Source: Nitrososphaeria archaeon (GTDB taxonomy: Archaea; Thermoproteota; Nitrososphaeria; JACIWG01). Taken from it: 64,000 nt of DNA. The notes below the pieces were generated by a model. The model saw only the letters and a list, made by a program, of their open reading frames with translations. It made no database searches and was not told where the DNA came from. The stretch spans positions 12,394 to 76,393 of the forward strand of contig JBEKIG010000013.1 of the NCBI GenBank assembly GCA_050011875.1, in the 5' to 3' direction. Made by a program: the position numbers and the translations under genes. Positions 50,846 to 61,288 of this stretch are shown here, piece after piece; positions within the stretch are counted from its first letter, which is position 1, and the number at the start of each line of letters is the position of its first letter.

Positions 50846-50952
50846 AAACTACGTTACTTTGGCTTAGTTTTAAAAACTTTCATTGCAAAGGCGCAAGGGA
50901 CATAAGAATTTCAGTTTTTGTAGGCTATAATAATCTAAACATTAAATGAAGC

Positions 50953-51930
50953 TTAAATTCTAAGTCTAACATTTTGATCTTTAAGAAACTTGTTAAGCTC
51001 CTCCTTAAAAGGCAAAGCTGTTATTGCACCCCGTTTAGTAACTACAAATGCACCGACCGCGTTGGCAATTTTGACACAATCTTCCAACCCCAACTTTTTA
51101 ATTAATCCGACAAGCAATCCCGCATTCCAACCGTCGCCAGCACCGGTTGTATCGATAACATTGACTTTATAGGGGGGTGCAAAAACTTCAACTCCATCTT
51201 TTGACCTAATCAACGCTCCTTTTGCGCCTAATTTTACTCCCACTATCTCAACACCAAATTCTAGGGCCCTTTCTGCAGCTTCTTTCGGCTCTTTGGTTTT
51301 GAACATGAACTCTGCCTCTTCACTTGAAAAGGTCGCTATGTCAGCCATTTTAAGCACATGGTTATACATCTTTCTGATTGAAAGCTGAGAGTTCCAAACA
51401 TCCGATCTGAGGGTTGGGTCAAATGAAATTTTCACTCCTTGCTCTTTAGCGAATCTGATAGCCCCAAGAATAGCCGTTCTAGAAGGGTTCTGGGAAAGTG
51501 CAAAACCTGATATGTGCAATATCTTCGATCTTGAAATATATTTGTGATCTATATCTTTAGTCGTTAATGCACTATCGGCTGTCCCTCCTGCCCAAGGCTT
51601 CCTATAGAAGAAAAACGTTCTTTCACCAGTAACAGGTTCATTGATGACAAACGCCAAGGTCGTACGTTTTCCCTTTTTCATGATTACATGAGATGTGTCA
51701 ACATTATTTCGCTTGAATTCCTTTATTATATATTCACCAAAAGGATCTTCTCCCACTGCTGCCACAGCACCAGCTTTTACACCTAATCTTGCTACACCTA
51801 CAATCGTGTTCATAGGAGCACCTCCAAAACATTTGATGAAGGTAGAAGCTTCTGTATAGTGAACTGGTTCAGATGCGATAAAGTCTATTAAAACTTCACC
51901 CAATCCGATTACTTCAGGATAGGTCGACAT
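50953..51930 (-). CDS. PfkB family carbohydrate kinase
   Basis: GEVLID, GGAPMN, FDPTLR and DTTGAGDGW motifs. Confidence 0.92.
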   Translation of the reverse strand: MSTYPEVIGLGEVLIDFIASEPVHYTEASTFIKCFGGAPMNTIVGVARLGVKAGAVAAVGEDPFGEYIIKEFKRNNVDTSHVIMKKGKRTTLAFVINEPVTGERTFFFYRKPWAGGTADSALTTKDIDHKYISRSKILHISGFALSQNPSRTAILGAIRFAKEQGVKISFDPTLRSDVWNSQLSIRKMYNHVLKMADIATFSSEEAEFMFKTKEPKEAAERALEFGVEIVGVKLGAKGALIRSKDGVEVFAPPYKVNVIDTTGAGDGWNAGLLVGLIKKLGLEDCVKIANAVGAFVVTKRGAITALPFKEELNKFLKDQNVRLRI

Positions 51931-51942
51931 TACTAAATAAAT

Positions 51943-52467
51943 CTACGGAATATTATATAATACTATATAATAGACCCCTGAAGCAGTTTGGATCTTTATT
52001 TCGACGGTCTGTCCTGCGATAAATGCCTTAACATTTCCACTATCAGGGAAAGAAACGACAATCTGACCGGAGGCTCCTTGAGGCACATAAATATTTGACA
52101 TGGGTTTACCATTTACTGTTGCAGTATTCCAGAAAATGTTCAAAGTTTTCTCATTAATGAATATATTTTCAATGGCGATATTGGTAGATCCTGAGTTCTG
52201 ATAGCTGACCGTTATAGTGTAGTTATTTGTGTTGCGATTGATAAATGCGTTTGTTGTTTCAAGTTCCTCGAATCTTATTGATGTCTTATTTGTGTTTGTT
52301 AAGTTTCCGGTTAATGTTACTGTTACGGTAACTGTTTCACTAACAGTAGTTGTTAAAGTTTGAACTCCCTGAGTATAAAAGTATCCAACTATACCAGTTA
52401 AGACGACAACTACTATAACGAGAATACCTACGACGCCATATACGACCCTTGGAAAATGCGAACTCAT
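51943..52467 (-). CDS. Membrane-anchored protein with archaeal pilin-like C-terminal domain
   Basis: Likely start ATG 52467 (MSSHFPR). TM, Thr tract, then FEELE...QNSGS...IFIN...GQTVEIKIQTASG. Confidence 0.65.
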   Translation of the reverse strand: MSSHFPRVVYGVVGILVIVVVVLTGIVGYFYTQGVQTLTTTVSETVTVTVTLTGNLTNTNKTSIRFEELETTNAFINRNTNNYTITVSYQNSGSTNIAIENIFINEKTLNIFWNTATVNGKPMSNIYVPQGASGQIVVSFPDSGNVKAFIAGQTVEIKIQTASGVYYIVLYNIP

Positions 52468-52575
52468 ATCTAAGTTTAAAATTAGTTTATGTTCTATAAA
52501 AGCATAAAGATCAGGTAACGATATAATTTTAAAATTAACTTTAAATAAAACAATAAACCGCTTAATTGCGATCTT

Positions 52576-52761
52576 ATGCCTAATACAGAGGTTGAAGACA
52601 ACCAAAAACCTGTGAAAAATAGGAAATCTGAAAAACAAGAAGAAAGTTGGGAAAAAAAGATGGAGGATACAGAAGAGGACGAAGGAACTGAGGCAGAGGA
52701 TTCCCAAGAATTTGAAGAATCAGTTGAAGAAAATGAACGCATAGAAGAAGAAAAAGAATAG
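52576..52761 (+). CDS. Small acidic low-complexity protein
   Basis: Glu-rich 61-aa ORF with TTTAAATA about 30 bp upstream. Confidence 0.4.
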   Translation: MPNTEVEDNQKPVKNRKSEKQEESWEKKMEDTEEDEGTEAEDSQEFEESVEENERIEEEKE

Positions 52762-52948
52762 ATTGAGAAAGCTTGAAATAATAGAAAAAGTAGAAATGTG
52801 AATTGACGCAATCTAAAGAAATATTCAGAGACTACCTAGAAGACTAGAATCCTATTAATTTCACATTGGGGCATACCAACCGGATTACATGAGCTATTAC
52901 TTTCTATCCAAAACTACCTTCTTGGCAGTTATATGCTCTATCTTATCA

Positions 52949-54091
52949 TTATTCGGTTATACATGCTCTGTCAAAGTTGGTCAGAGACCTTCCTCCAGTC
53001 TTTGTTATAGTGCAGACATCTTCAACCCTAACTGCTCCCACGCCTTTCTTGCCTGTACCGACTGCTAATGTAAAGGTCATGCCGGGTTCCATCATCCATT
53101 CATTTATGAATCCATTTTCTTCAAACTGTATGCCTATACCATGTCCATATAATAGTGATGGCAGTGCTCCTACAAGTTCTTCGTTAACTGACTTTGCGGC
53201 CTTAAGTATCTCTGATCCTTTGACCCCTGGCTTCATAACTTTCATCGCAGCTTCATGCGCTTCTTTTGCTACCTCAAGCAGTTCTCTTTGTTCATTTGGG
53301 ATCTTTCCAAATCCTATTCCTCTGTCAAGATCACAACAGTAACCCTGATATCTTGGTGTCACATGAAATTCGAGCATTGTTCCCTTCCTTATAGGAACGT
53401 CTCTAGCCTTTCCAAGCATTGTCTCCTCATACTTTCCGCCCATAACCAAAATATCAGAATTGACCTGATCAGCTCCATAACTTATCGCAGATACTATTAT
53501 CTCTCTTGCAATCTCCGACTCCATCTTACCAGGTTTAAGGATGGTTTCAGTTATATCTTCATATACCCTATCGGCTATTGCACCAGCTTTTTCAAGAAGT
53601 TTAACCTCTTTTTCATCCTTGATGATCCTCATCGAATCAGGGATCCTTGAGTCGATCATCTCACCCATTGCTTCTTTGATTGATGTGTAGATTGGATATG
53701 GTACTATGTCTTTGCCAGTAAAAGCTATCCTCTTCAGCCCTTTTTTTTCCTTTAATCCTTTTAGAGTACTCAAGGATTTACTCCAAGGCTCAAGCCTTAT
53801 CCAAGGTTGATCTTCTATAGGTTCTACCTCCAAAGTAATGGAATCTACAAAACCATCTGGGACAAAATAAATTGGTTCACCATCAATTGGTATAGTGAGA
53901 AGAGAGAAGGGCCCATATGGCGCCTCATAGTCTGTGTTAAGCGCTGCAAAGGGAGATAGCCCCGCAAAATATCTGAAGTTTCCATCCCTCCAGGAATCTC
54001 CATATATAATCAAGAAATCTATTCCATCTTTCTTCATCCTTCTTTTTGCTTCCTCTATTCTTCTAAGATAATCGTCCTTTGATATTGACAT
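52949..54091 (-). CDS. M24 (Xaa-Pro peptidase/creatinase) fold protein
   Basis: Creatinase N-domain, R.IK...E, YQGYCCD, HGIG and RVED motifs. Start at ATG 54091. Confidence 0.82.
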   Translation of the reverse strand: MSISKDDYLRRIEEAKRRMKKDGIDFLIIYGDSWRDGNFRYFAGLSPFAALNTDYEAPYGPFSLLTIPIDGEPIYFVPDGFVDSITLEVEPIEDQPWIRLEPWSKSLSTLKGLKEKKGLKRIAFTGKDIVPYPIYTSIKEAMGEMIDSRIPDSMRIIKDEKEVKLLEKAGAIADRVYEDITETILKPGKMESEIAREIIVSAISYGADQVNSDILVMGGKYEETMLGKARDVPIRKGTMLEFHVTPRYQGYCCDLDRGIGFGKIPNEQRELLEVAKEAHEAAMKVMKPGVKGSEILKAAKSVNEELVGALPSLLYGHGIGIQFEENGFINEWMMEPGMTFTLAVGTGKKGVGAVRVEDVCTITKTGGRSLTNFDRACITE

Positions 54092-54355
54092 AATCTTTCT
54101 TTTCCGTCTCCAATATTTAAATCTTAAATTTGACATTAATCTTAATTTCAATTTGGATAGCCCAAAAAGGTAGGTGAATGAAAAGAGAAGTCGCCAAAAT
54201 TATGAGATAGATTAACAATAAATAACGAAGACTTGAAGAAGATAGTTTTAAAACGTCTGTCGCATATATCATTATAAGTTAATGCAATATCTGAAAAAGT
54301 CATGCAATTAGAACACCGAAAATCAACCATTTATATTATTGTAAGAAGATAAAAG

Positions 54356-54613
54356 TTGATGCATGGTCCGGAACACCATTTTCTGGTCCCGGCAGTCCTT
54401 TTATCCTCTTTCTGGTCCCGATGTCCTGATGACGGCGTTGGGCGTAGGATTCGCTTTGGTTCGTGGGGAGCGACTCTTCTTATCCTTACCATCGTCGGGG
54501 TCGCACTCGGCTATCACATCCACGTCGAGGAGACGCTGCTCGTCTCTGAATTCGGCGACGAATATATCCAGTATTCAAAGCAGACAAAGAAATTGATACC
54601 ATTGTTGTTATAG
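54356..54613 (+). pseudogene. Chimeric remnant: DUF5714-like fragment plus isoprenylcysteine methyltransferase C-terminus
   Basis: MHGPEHHFLVPAVLL followed by IHVEETLLVSEFGDEYIQYSKQTKKLIP. Confidence 0.55.
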
Positions 54614-54678
54614 AACATTGGGTAGAGCGATTTTCACTCCTATGACCCTCGTCACCCCACCAGTAAAGAAGTCGGCTG

Positions 54679-55545
54679 CTAGGGTATTTCAGCTCGTGGG
54701 AAAAGGGGTTTATATGTAGAAGCTTTTAGCAGTAGCTCTTGTTGTTCTTTCTTGTTCATCGGGGTATAGCGTTCAGCGGCATCTATCATCATCTTGGCTA
54801 TTCTGATATCAGAGGAACTGGCCGCTGTAGTTACGTACTGGGATAATGTAAACCATAGGGCTTCATCAACCTCTTTCTGAGTGTCAAAGGGTTGATACCA
54901 GCAGTTATAAGTTCTCTCATCAGTGGGCCAAGGCTTCTTCACAACCGACTTCATGGCTATTACCCCAAGGTTTCTCTTCTTGGCTAGGGCGAGTACTGGT
55001 TCGTAATCATTCTTTGGTTCAGGATGGGCATGTAGAACGTAGTTGACAGGAAGTAGAACTGTATCGAAGTCAAAGCTTTTAAGTGCTTTCATAATGTTTT
55101 CAGGATTGTGACTAGTTATACCAATGTACTTAACCAAGCCCTGCTTCTTAGCATCTAGTATAGCTCTTATTGCACCGTCCTTGCTTAACGCAATTTCGAG
55201 TTCTTCTGGATCATCGAGTCCATGCAGTTGATAGAGGTCAAAGTAGTCGGTCTGAAGGTTCTTTAGACTTCTACTGAACTCGTCCGCAGCCTCTTTTTTT
55301 GTCCTCTTCTCTGTCTTACACGCAATGAATAGATTTTTACGGTATTCCTTAACCCATTTGCCTAGAATACGTTCTGCCTCACCGCTGCCATATGTGGGTG
55401 CTACATCGATGTGATTCACCCCGTAATCTAAAGCCAGTTTAATAAAAGCGTCTGATTCTTTGCGGGTAGTTGGGCGTACGCTTGCGCCACCTAAAGTAAT
55501 TAACGTACTTTTATGTCCCGTCCTTCCTAGGATTCTCTTCTCCAT
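54679..55545 (-). CDS. Aldo/keto reductase
   Basis: GVNHIDVAPTYG, DYFDLYQLH, GITSH and AMK motifs. Confidence 0.9.
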   Translation of the reverse strand: MEKRILGRTGHKSTLITLGGASVRPTTRKESDAFIKLALDYGVNHIDVAPTYGSGEAERILGKWVKEYRKNLFIACKTEKRTKKEAADEFSRSLKNLQTDYFDLYQLHGLDDPEELEIALSKDGAIRAILDAKKQGLVKYIGITSHNPENIMKALKSFDFDTVLLPVNYVLHAHPEPKNDYEPVLALAKKRNLGVIAMKSVVKKPWPTDERTYNCWYQPFDTQKEVDEALWFTLSQYVTTAASSSDIRIAKMMIDAAERYTPMNKKEQQELLLKASTYKPLFPRAEIP

Positions 55546-56065
55546 TTTAACTCAATTATAAATTATTGTAAAATACTATTTAAATTTTTATTTTTTTATC
55601 ATTTACTACTTTTCCCATGCTTAAATGGGTGTTTTTCGGGCTATTTTGCGGGTTTAAACCCTTTTTCTGGCTTATTTGGACAGGGAACACCCAAAACAAG
55701 CCCATCTCCAATATTTGGTTGGACAAGTATTATTTTTAAATATATTTTTAAATAAGAATTCTGAATTATGAAGGTAGATGTACCAAGATTGGAAGAGCTT
55801 GGTTACATCATACCAGATGAAAAAGTTATCATAGAAAGTTATTCACTTTTGTAGCAATCAGCACATATTGAAATGTTTGACAAAAAAAAGGTCTAGATAT
55901 CAAAATATAAAAACTTGATTTTGATAAAATTGATGTCTCCTTCAAAAAGAATATTCCAAATATAAGCCCAAGTCATATGTTCAAGGAAAAACAATTCATC
56001 GCCGTCAACAAAGACTTAAAGCAAGCTATTTTCTAGGTATACTAAAGAAAAAAGGAGTGAACGAA

Positions 56066-56401
56066 ATGGGTTTTAGAGATAGACGAAGTTCTAACCGCGC
56101 GCGCAGTCCTAGAGGTAGGTATGGTTTTGATCGCAGCTCCATAGAGATGCATAAAAGTGTTTGCGCTGACTGTGGTAAGGAATGTGAAGTTCCATTCAAG
56201 CCAACAGGAGATCGCCCTGTCTACTGCAAAGAGTGCTGGGCTAAGAGAAGACCGCCAAGAACAGAAGACCGCCATCGAGGAGAATATCCCAGAGAAGACC
56301 GTCAGAGAAGACCTTCACTGGCTCCAGAAAATGTTGATCTCCAAATTTTGGCTGAGTTAAAACGTATTCGGGAGCTTCTAGAGAAGGGGAGGCCTAACTG
56401 A
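56066..56401 (+). CDS. CxxC-x17-CxxC domain protein
   Basis: MHKSVCADCGKECEVPFKPTGDRPVYCKEC. Confidence 0.88.
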   Translation: MGFRDRRSSNRARSPRGRYGFDRSSIEMHKSVCADCGKECEVPFKPTGDRPVYCKECWAKRRPPRTEDRHRGEYPREDRQRRPSLAPENVDLQILAELKRIRELLEKGRPN

Positions 56402-56877
56402 GAGGCGGAAACGATGTCGCATCAAGTACACGATAAAGAATCTTCAGGTTAATAGCAAGCTAAATTTAAATTTTTATCATTTTGTGATTGATTACCCAAA
56501 ATGAATGTAACAAACCGCTATCTAGCACGCCTAATAAATTTAGTGTACATGCAGCATGTTGAGCTTTTCTATAATTGGAAGTCAAATTTTGGTTTGAATA
56601 GCTCTTTTTATATATAAACCATCAATATTTCATGTGATTCGATTTGAGTTGAAGACATCTTGGGCGGGAGAATATAACGATTAACACCCTTTTGAATAAA
56701 GATTGGCTCCAAGGAAAGACTTGGCTTCGACTTTTGCTGGGGAGTTCACCCGCATTATCTGCTCTGCGTCCTGATTACCTCTAATTGGTTCACGACATCT
56801 TCCAGCTTCAAATGCCTAATAGGTCCTCATTATATTGATACACTCCAATATCAACTACAAAGGATTGAGGGTTTGAT

Positions 56878-57360
56878 ATGACGTATTATTCAACTTCAGG
56901 AAGAGAGAACTTAGATAAGACCTTGGCTTTGGTCAAGAAGATAGCTGAAGAACTGGGAATAGACGATGTTGTGATAGCATCCACTACAGGCTTCACCGCT
57001 AAAAAGGCAGTAGAAACGTTTAGCGGCACAGGCGTAAAGTTGACGTTCGTCGGCACGGCGAGGGACAGGTTTCCAAGCGAACTAATAGTAGAGTTGAAGA
57101 AGAAGGGCTTTAATGTCTGTTTCAGCAACGAGGTCAAATACGATTATCCTGAACCAGTAAAGATGGCCTATAGAAGATTCTGTCAAGGAGTAAAGGTGGC
57201 TGTCGAAATCGCGATGATAGCTGCTCAGGAGGGCTACGTCTCAACTGAGAAGGACTTAATCTCGGTTGGAAAGTGGGACACGGCCCTTATAATAAAGCCA
57301 TCGATAAGCACCCGTTTCGAAGATCTAACGATCAGAGAACTGATATGCAAACCACGATAA
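56878..57360 (+). CDS. Pyruvate kinase C-terminal-like (MTH1675-type) protein
   Basis: GRENLD, VVIASTTG, QGVKVAVE and ELICKP motifs. Confidence 0.8.
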   Translation: MTYYSTSGRENLDKTLALVKKIAEELGIDDVVIASTTGFTAKKAVETFSGTGVKLTFVGTARDRFPSELIVELKKKGFNVCFSNEVKYDYPEPVKMAYRRFCQGVKVAVEIAMIAAQEGYVSTEKDLISVGKWDTALIIKPSISTRFEDLTIRELICKPR

Positions 57361-57695
57361 GATAGAGAAGAAGATAGAAAGAACAGTTCTCATATTTAAC
57401 TTTCTATGCATCAGGTATCAGGGGGCACAAGGTCACTCTTCAAGAATCCGAGATCAATATGCTAAACTCGATGTGCAATCATCTACGTCTATGCAAAGGA
57501 TGAAAGCAAGGCTTGCGTTCCCAAGAGCCCTACCAATTAAAAGAAAAAATGTTTCAATAATCTTTCAGAGGAGTTTGCTGAATTGAGTGTTGGGCTTTGG
57601 ATTCCGTTTCCTCCATTCTTCTATAAGCGATATTTGATTTGTCATAGATATTCTTATAACTTATTATCCTGGAGAACTTAAGGAGGTAACTTTGA

Positions 57696-58175
57696 ATGTT
57701 GATCAAGTCTCAAGATGCAGAGAGAGATGGTGCGCTAAACATTGCGAAATTGATGTTGGTAGCTGCCAGAACCGCTCCCAAGGCGGCAGGACATGACAGC
57801 ATAACAACCGCCATACTTGACGGAGAGGATAAGGATAAGCTTGCCAATGAGATGGAGCGTGCTGGCAAGGAGAAAAAAAATCCAAGAAGAATCAGAGATG
57901 CTGGAAACGTGAGGAACTCTGACCTAGTAATCTTGGTAGGGGTCAAATACGGGGGAGAGATCTCAAACGAGTTGAAGCTGATAGACCTTGGAATAGCAGT
58001 CGGCTCAGCCGCCAAGATTGCAAGCGGCTTAAACGTTGACAACAGGATCATGCGTAGCATTGGAGACGTTGCTGATAGTATGAAACTTCTGGAAGCAGAT
58101 TACAGCTTAGGGATTCCAATCTCCATCAAAGGCAAGAACATCTACTTCGACAGACCACCAGTTACAACCACATAG
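57696..58175 (+). CDS. DUF2148-family (nitroreductase-like) protein lacking the Cys cluster
   Basis: AARTAPK, RDA.N, DLGIAVGSA, VDNRIM and KNIYFDR motifs. Confidence 0.8.
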   Translation: MLIKSQDAERDGALNIAKLMLVAARTAPKAAGHDSITTAILDGEDKDKLANEMERAGKEKKNPRRIRDAGNVRNSDLVILVGVKYGGEISNELKLIDLGIAVGSAAKIASGLNVDNRIMRSIGDVADSMKLLEADYSLGIPISIKGKNIYFDRPPVTTT

Positions 58176-58392
58176 CAATTTGAATAAAAGGAGTTTGAGG
58201 CTTCATACGTGCTACCATGACTGCAGAACCTGATCAAGAGAGCTCCTGATAAAATCGGAGGTTTTCGAGGGAGTGAATACTCACTTCCTGTAATTCTCGC
58301 GCTAAACGGAAAAATTCCTGAACCATTTTCCCTCTATCCTTGACCCGTTTACTGATTGAAGCGCAACTGAGCAATCTAAGGTCTGGGGTTGA

Positions 58393-58968
58393 TTAGGAAT
58401 TCATATTTTCGTATTCTGTGACAAGCTGATCTAATGGAACATTGAAGAGGTCTTGGAAAGAATTTCTTGTATAGGTGTTACCTATCAGCCTTTTTGAAAG
58501 TAATGTTACAGCACCTGGATTTTTCTTTTCAAGCCAAAAGAGTAAATGTGCTGTTGTCTGATATCCTGAAAGAGCCTTTCCCTTTTCAAAGTGCGGATAT
58601 GATGTTGCACTTTGAAAACCAAGGGTATCCCTAACATAATCCGCTATTCCTTCAATAAGCCACGATGTTTCTCCATCGTATCTTGGGCAACGGTGGATTG
58701 CATGTGTAAACTCATGTATTATTGCACCGTCGTCTGTTTGTTGGCTGAAATATTGGTTGCTTAGGGTTACTGTTGTTCCGGAAGTGGAAGCAGGCACTTG
58801 AATCTCATTTGAGACTTTGACTTCAATATTAGGAACATCTGGAGAGTCAAGTATAGACTGGATTCTAGGTGAATACTCCTTGTAGAGGCCGACTGCTCGC
58901 GACCAGAGTTTATATTCAGGAGTTTGGTCACTTGGCAAGTATGAATGTAAACGATTAAACCAAGACAT
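58393..58968 (-). CDS. Basic secretory protein (BSP)-family zinc peptidase
   Basis: HEFTH, WLIEGIADYVR and GY..TA.LL.WL motifs. Confidence 0.82.
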   Translation of the reverse strand: MSWFNRLHSYLPSDQTPEYKLWSRAVGLYKEYSPRIQSILDSPDVPNIEVKVSNEIQVPASTSGTTVTLSNQYFSQQTDDGAIIHEFTHAIHRCPRYDGETSWLIEGIADYVRDTLGFQSATSYPHFEKGKALSGYQTTAHLLFWLEKKNPGAVTLLSKRLIGNTYTRNSFQDLFNVPLDQLVTEYENMNS

Positions 58969-59362
58969 ATCAAAAACTTCTTAGTAATAATCTGATTATT
59001 AACCTTTAGGAATACGAAAAGAGATGTAAACCTAGCTGATGGAGATAAAAAAACGCAAAGGACTGACTTTTTTTCAAGATCGATTTAGCACATTCTTCCA
59101 GCTGTCTCGAAGTGAAAATAGTGAATCAAGGTACCAACGATCTAAAGTTATCTAATTCCAAAATACCCGATCGAGAGACTTAAAATCGTTTTCAACAAAC
59201 CTTTCTTCTAAGGTAAACACATCCAAGGATCCTTAAAGCATCTGTGGTATGTAGTATAAGCCGAAGACTGTCGCCTGTATCACCAGTGCCTTTCTCACAG
59301 AAAATAGGTGTTCAAGTCTAGTCTGTAGAAAGTCTATAAAGGGATGTTTAGAATAACACTTC

Positions 59363-59788
59363 GTGTTAGGAATCTTTGGAAAAGCGCCTTTAACTTCCGA
59401 TCTAGGACTATTTCTAGAACTAGGTATTCTAGTCGTGCTTCTTATAGTGTTAAGATTTCACAAGATAAAGACAAAACAGGCTCTTTCAAGACATCATCGC
59501 GCTATGGTTGTTGTCACAATCCTAGGTTTTATAGTTACTCTTTCCATCATGGTGCCTTCATTTCTAATTTTCTTTTCTGCCAAGGTTGATTTACTGTCAT
59601 TTTTTGCACTCTTAATCATATTTCATGCCCTGACGGGAGCTTTTGCGTTAGCTTTTGGTATAAGACTTGCCATAAACGTAAGACTGAAAAGGCAGAGAAG
59701 ATGGATGCGCACTACGATGTTCTTATGGTTATTTGCTATAACTCTTGGTTTAATTTTATTCCTACAAATATATGGTTATTTGCTATAG
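59363..59788 (+). CDS. DUF420-like membrane protein
   Basis: 4 TM helices, with HH..M, H...G and W...LG positions. Confidence 0.6.
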   Translation: MLGIFGKAPLTSDLGLFLELGILVVLLIVLRFHKIKTKQALSRHHRAMVVVTILGFIVTLSIMVPSFLIFFSAKVDLLSFFALLIIFHALTGAFALAFGIRLAINVRLKRQRRWMRTTMFLWLFAITLGLILFLQIYGYLL

Positions 59789-59997
59789 TTTGCATGTGTA
59801 ATCAGATAATTGGTATACTTAAACCCACAATAGATTCTGCTGTGAAATGGCGTTCTATTGCAAATGTTCTGAATAAAATTGATTTCCTTTTTAAATTATT
59901 AAAGTATCTCAATTAAAGTGAACCCTTATATTCGGGGTAAAAAGTACTAAAATAGAAATACATGATTCGTAAAGTAGTATTAGAGAAGCGGTCTTAA

Positions 59998-60480
59998 ATG
60001 AACACACGGAATTTAGTTGTGATCGTGGCAGTGATTGTAATCATTATCATCGCTGCAAGTGCGTATGCGCTTTTTACGATGGGGCCAACTAGTACAACAA
60101 GCCCTACAACCTCGATGGTGATGAGCACAACCTCGACTACAGCAACGTCGACAACTTCCACCTCAACAACGTCGACAACGAGCACAACTGCTGGAGTTAT
60201 AACTATCACTATGGTTGCCCGAAATATAAGGTTCAACGCGACAAACCCGACGATCTATCTGAAGGTTGGTCAAACGGTCAAGTTTGTGTTCATCAACAAC
60301 GATACTGACTCGATACCTCATAGTTTCTATATAAAGAATTTCCCTAACGCTTCGACGCCTACCTTAGGCCCAGGCCAAACCGCGTCCTTTACAGTCACAT
60401 TTAGTACTGCTGGGAACTATACCTACGCCTGCATAGTTCATCCAGGATTGATGGACGGAAAGATAATTGTTCAGGGGTAA
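59998..60480 (+). CDS. Membrane-anchored cupredoxin (plastocyanin/halocyanin-like)
   Basis: TM, Thr stalk, type-1 Cu ligands PH...C-IV-H-PGL-M. Confidence 0.85.
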   Translation: MNTRNLVVIVAVIVIIIIAASAYALFTMGPTSTTSPTTSMVMSTTSTTATSTTSTSTTSTTSTTAGVITITMVARNIRFNATNPTIYLKVGQTVKFVFINNDTDSIPHSFYIKNFPNASTPTLGPGQTASFTVTFSTAGNYTYACIVHPGLMDGKIIVQG

Positions 60481-60561
60481 TTGCTGCTTTGTCCTTCCTT
60501 AACACGAATGGATCATCATCAACCCGTGTCACCCAAATTCATGACTGAACTCGCCTCGTTC

Positions 60562-60822
60562 TCAACGACCTCTACTATCGTCTTTTCTTACTAGATAATT
60601 GGAATATCCCATCTTGTCTATGACCTTCATGATTTCGGAAATGTTGGTTTTCGACTCATCATATTCTACGAAAATCTTATCCAACATGAGGGCAGTTCCG
60701 ACGCCCTTTACGCCGCATATTTTCTTCACCTGTTTCTCAATCGCGAGTGCACAGGTAGCGCAGTCCATGCCACTGACAGTGAAGACGACCCTCGACGTCT
60801 TCTTGCCCGGTTTTTCTGACAG
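60562..60822 (-). CDS. Heavy-metal-associated (CopZ-like) chaperone
   Basis: FTVSGMDCATC. The frame is open upstream to CTG 60822, which follows a GGTGA RBS. Confidence 0.82.
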   Translation of the reverse strand: MSEKPGKKTSRVVFTVSGMDCATCALAIEKQVKKICGVKGVGTALMLDKIFVEYDESKTNISEIMKVIDKMGYSNYLVRKDDSRGR

Positions 60823-60828
60823 GTTGCA

Positions 60829-61030
60829 TCACCAAAGATTCGGTTTGAATCCGAAAAGTGTCAGTGAGTTGCTTATTACTGTAACCGAGCTGATGAGTGT
60901 GGTATTCCCTGAGCCGTTAGGCCCGAAGAGGATATGATTCACAACCCTCCTTGAGACTGAAGTTCAAATCTCTTAGAATAAGCTTGCCTTCAACTTTAAC
61001 TGATAAGCCTTCGACTTCAAGAATATCCAT
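60829..61030 (-). pseudogene. Chimeric remnant: SufC-like ABC ATPase N-terminus fused to a CopA C-terminal tail
   Basis: MDILEVEGLSVKVEGKLILRDLNFSLKEG (frameshift) VNHILFGPNGSGNTTLI then SSVTVISNSLTLFGFKP. Confidence 0.7.
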
Positions 61031-61288
61031 GGCAATCAATAAGCCTTGTTTCCAAGAAAAATAAACTTTCCGACCTTCTCCTCCGATGACCAAAAATTTA
61101 ACGATTTCAATAATTTTGCATAAAGAATAATCCTCTCAGAAGATTTGCTTAATAGCATGCTAAAAATTTATTTTCGTATCAGAATTATCATCATAGCTCT
61201 CCATTAGTTTCCAAACAAGTTCCGAATCTTCCGTTCCCAATTCCTTTTTTTCCAATTTCGTTTGCTGTAGATATCTAGTAACTTTCAT

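Noticed and set aside
52468-52811. Phe-rich N-terminal extension of the 51943 ORF, and ORF 52494-52811
   Set aside because: Antisense to the purine-rich acidic ORF and spanning promoter DNA. The real start is ATG 52467.
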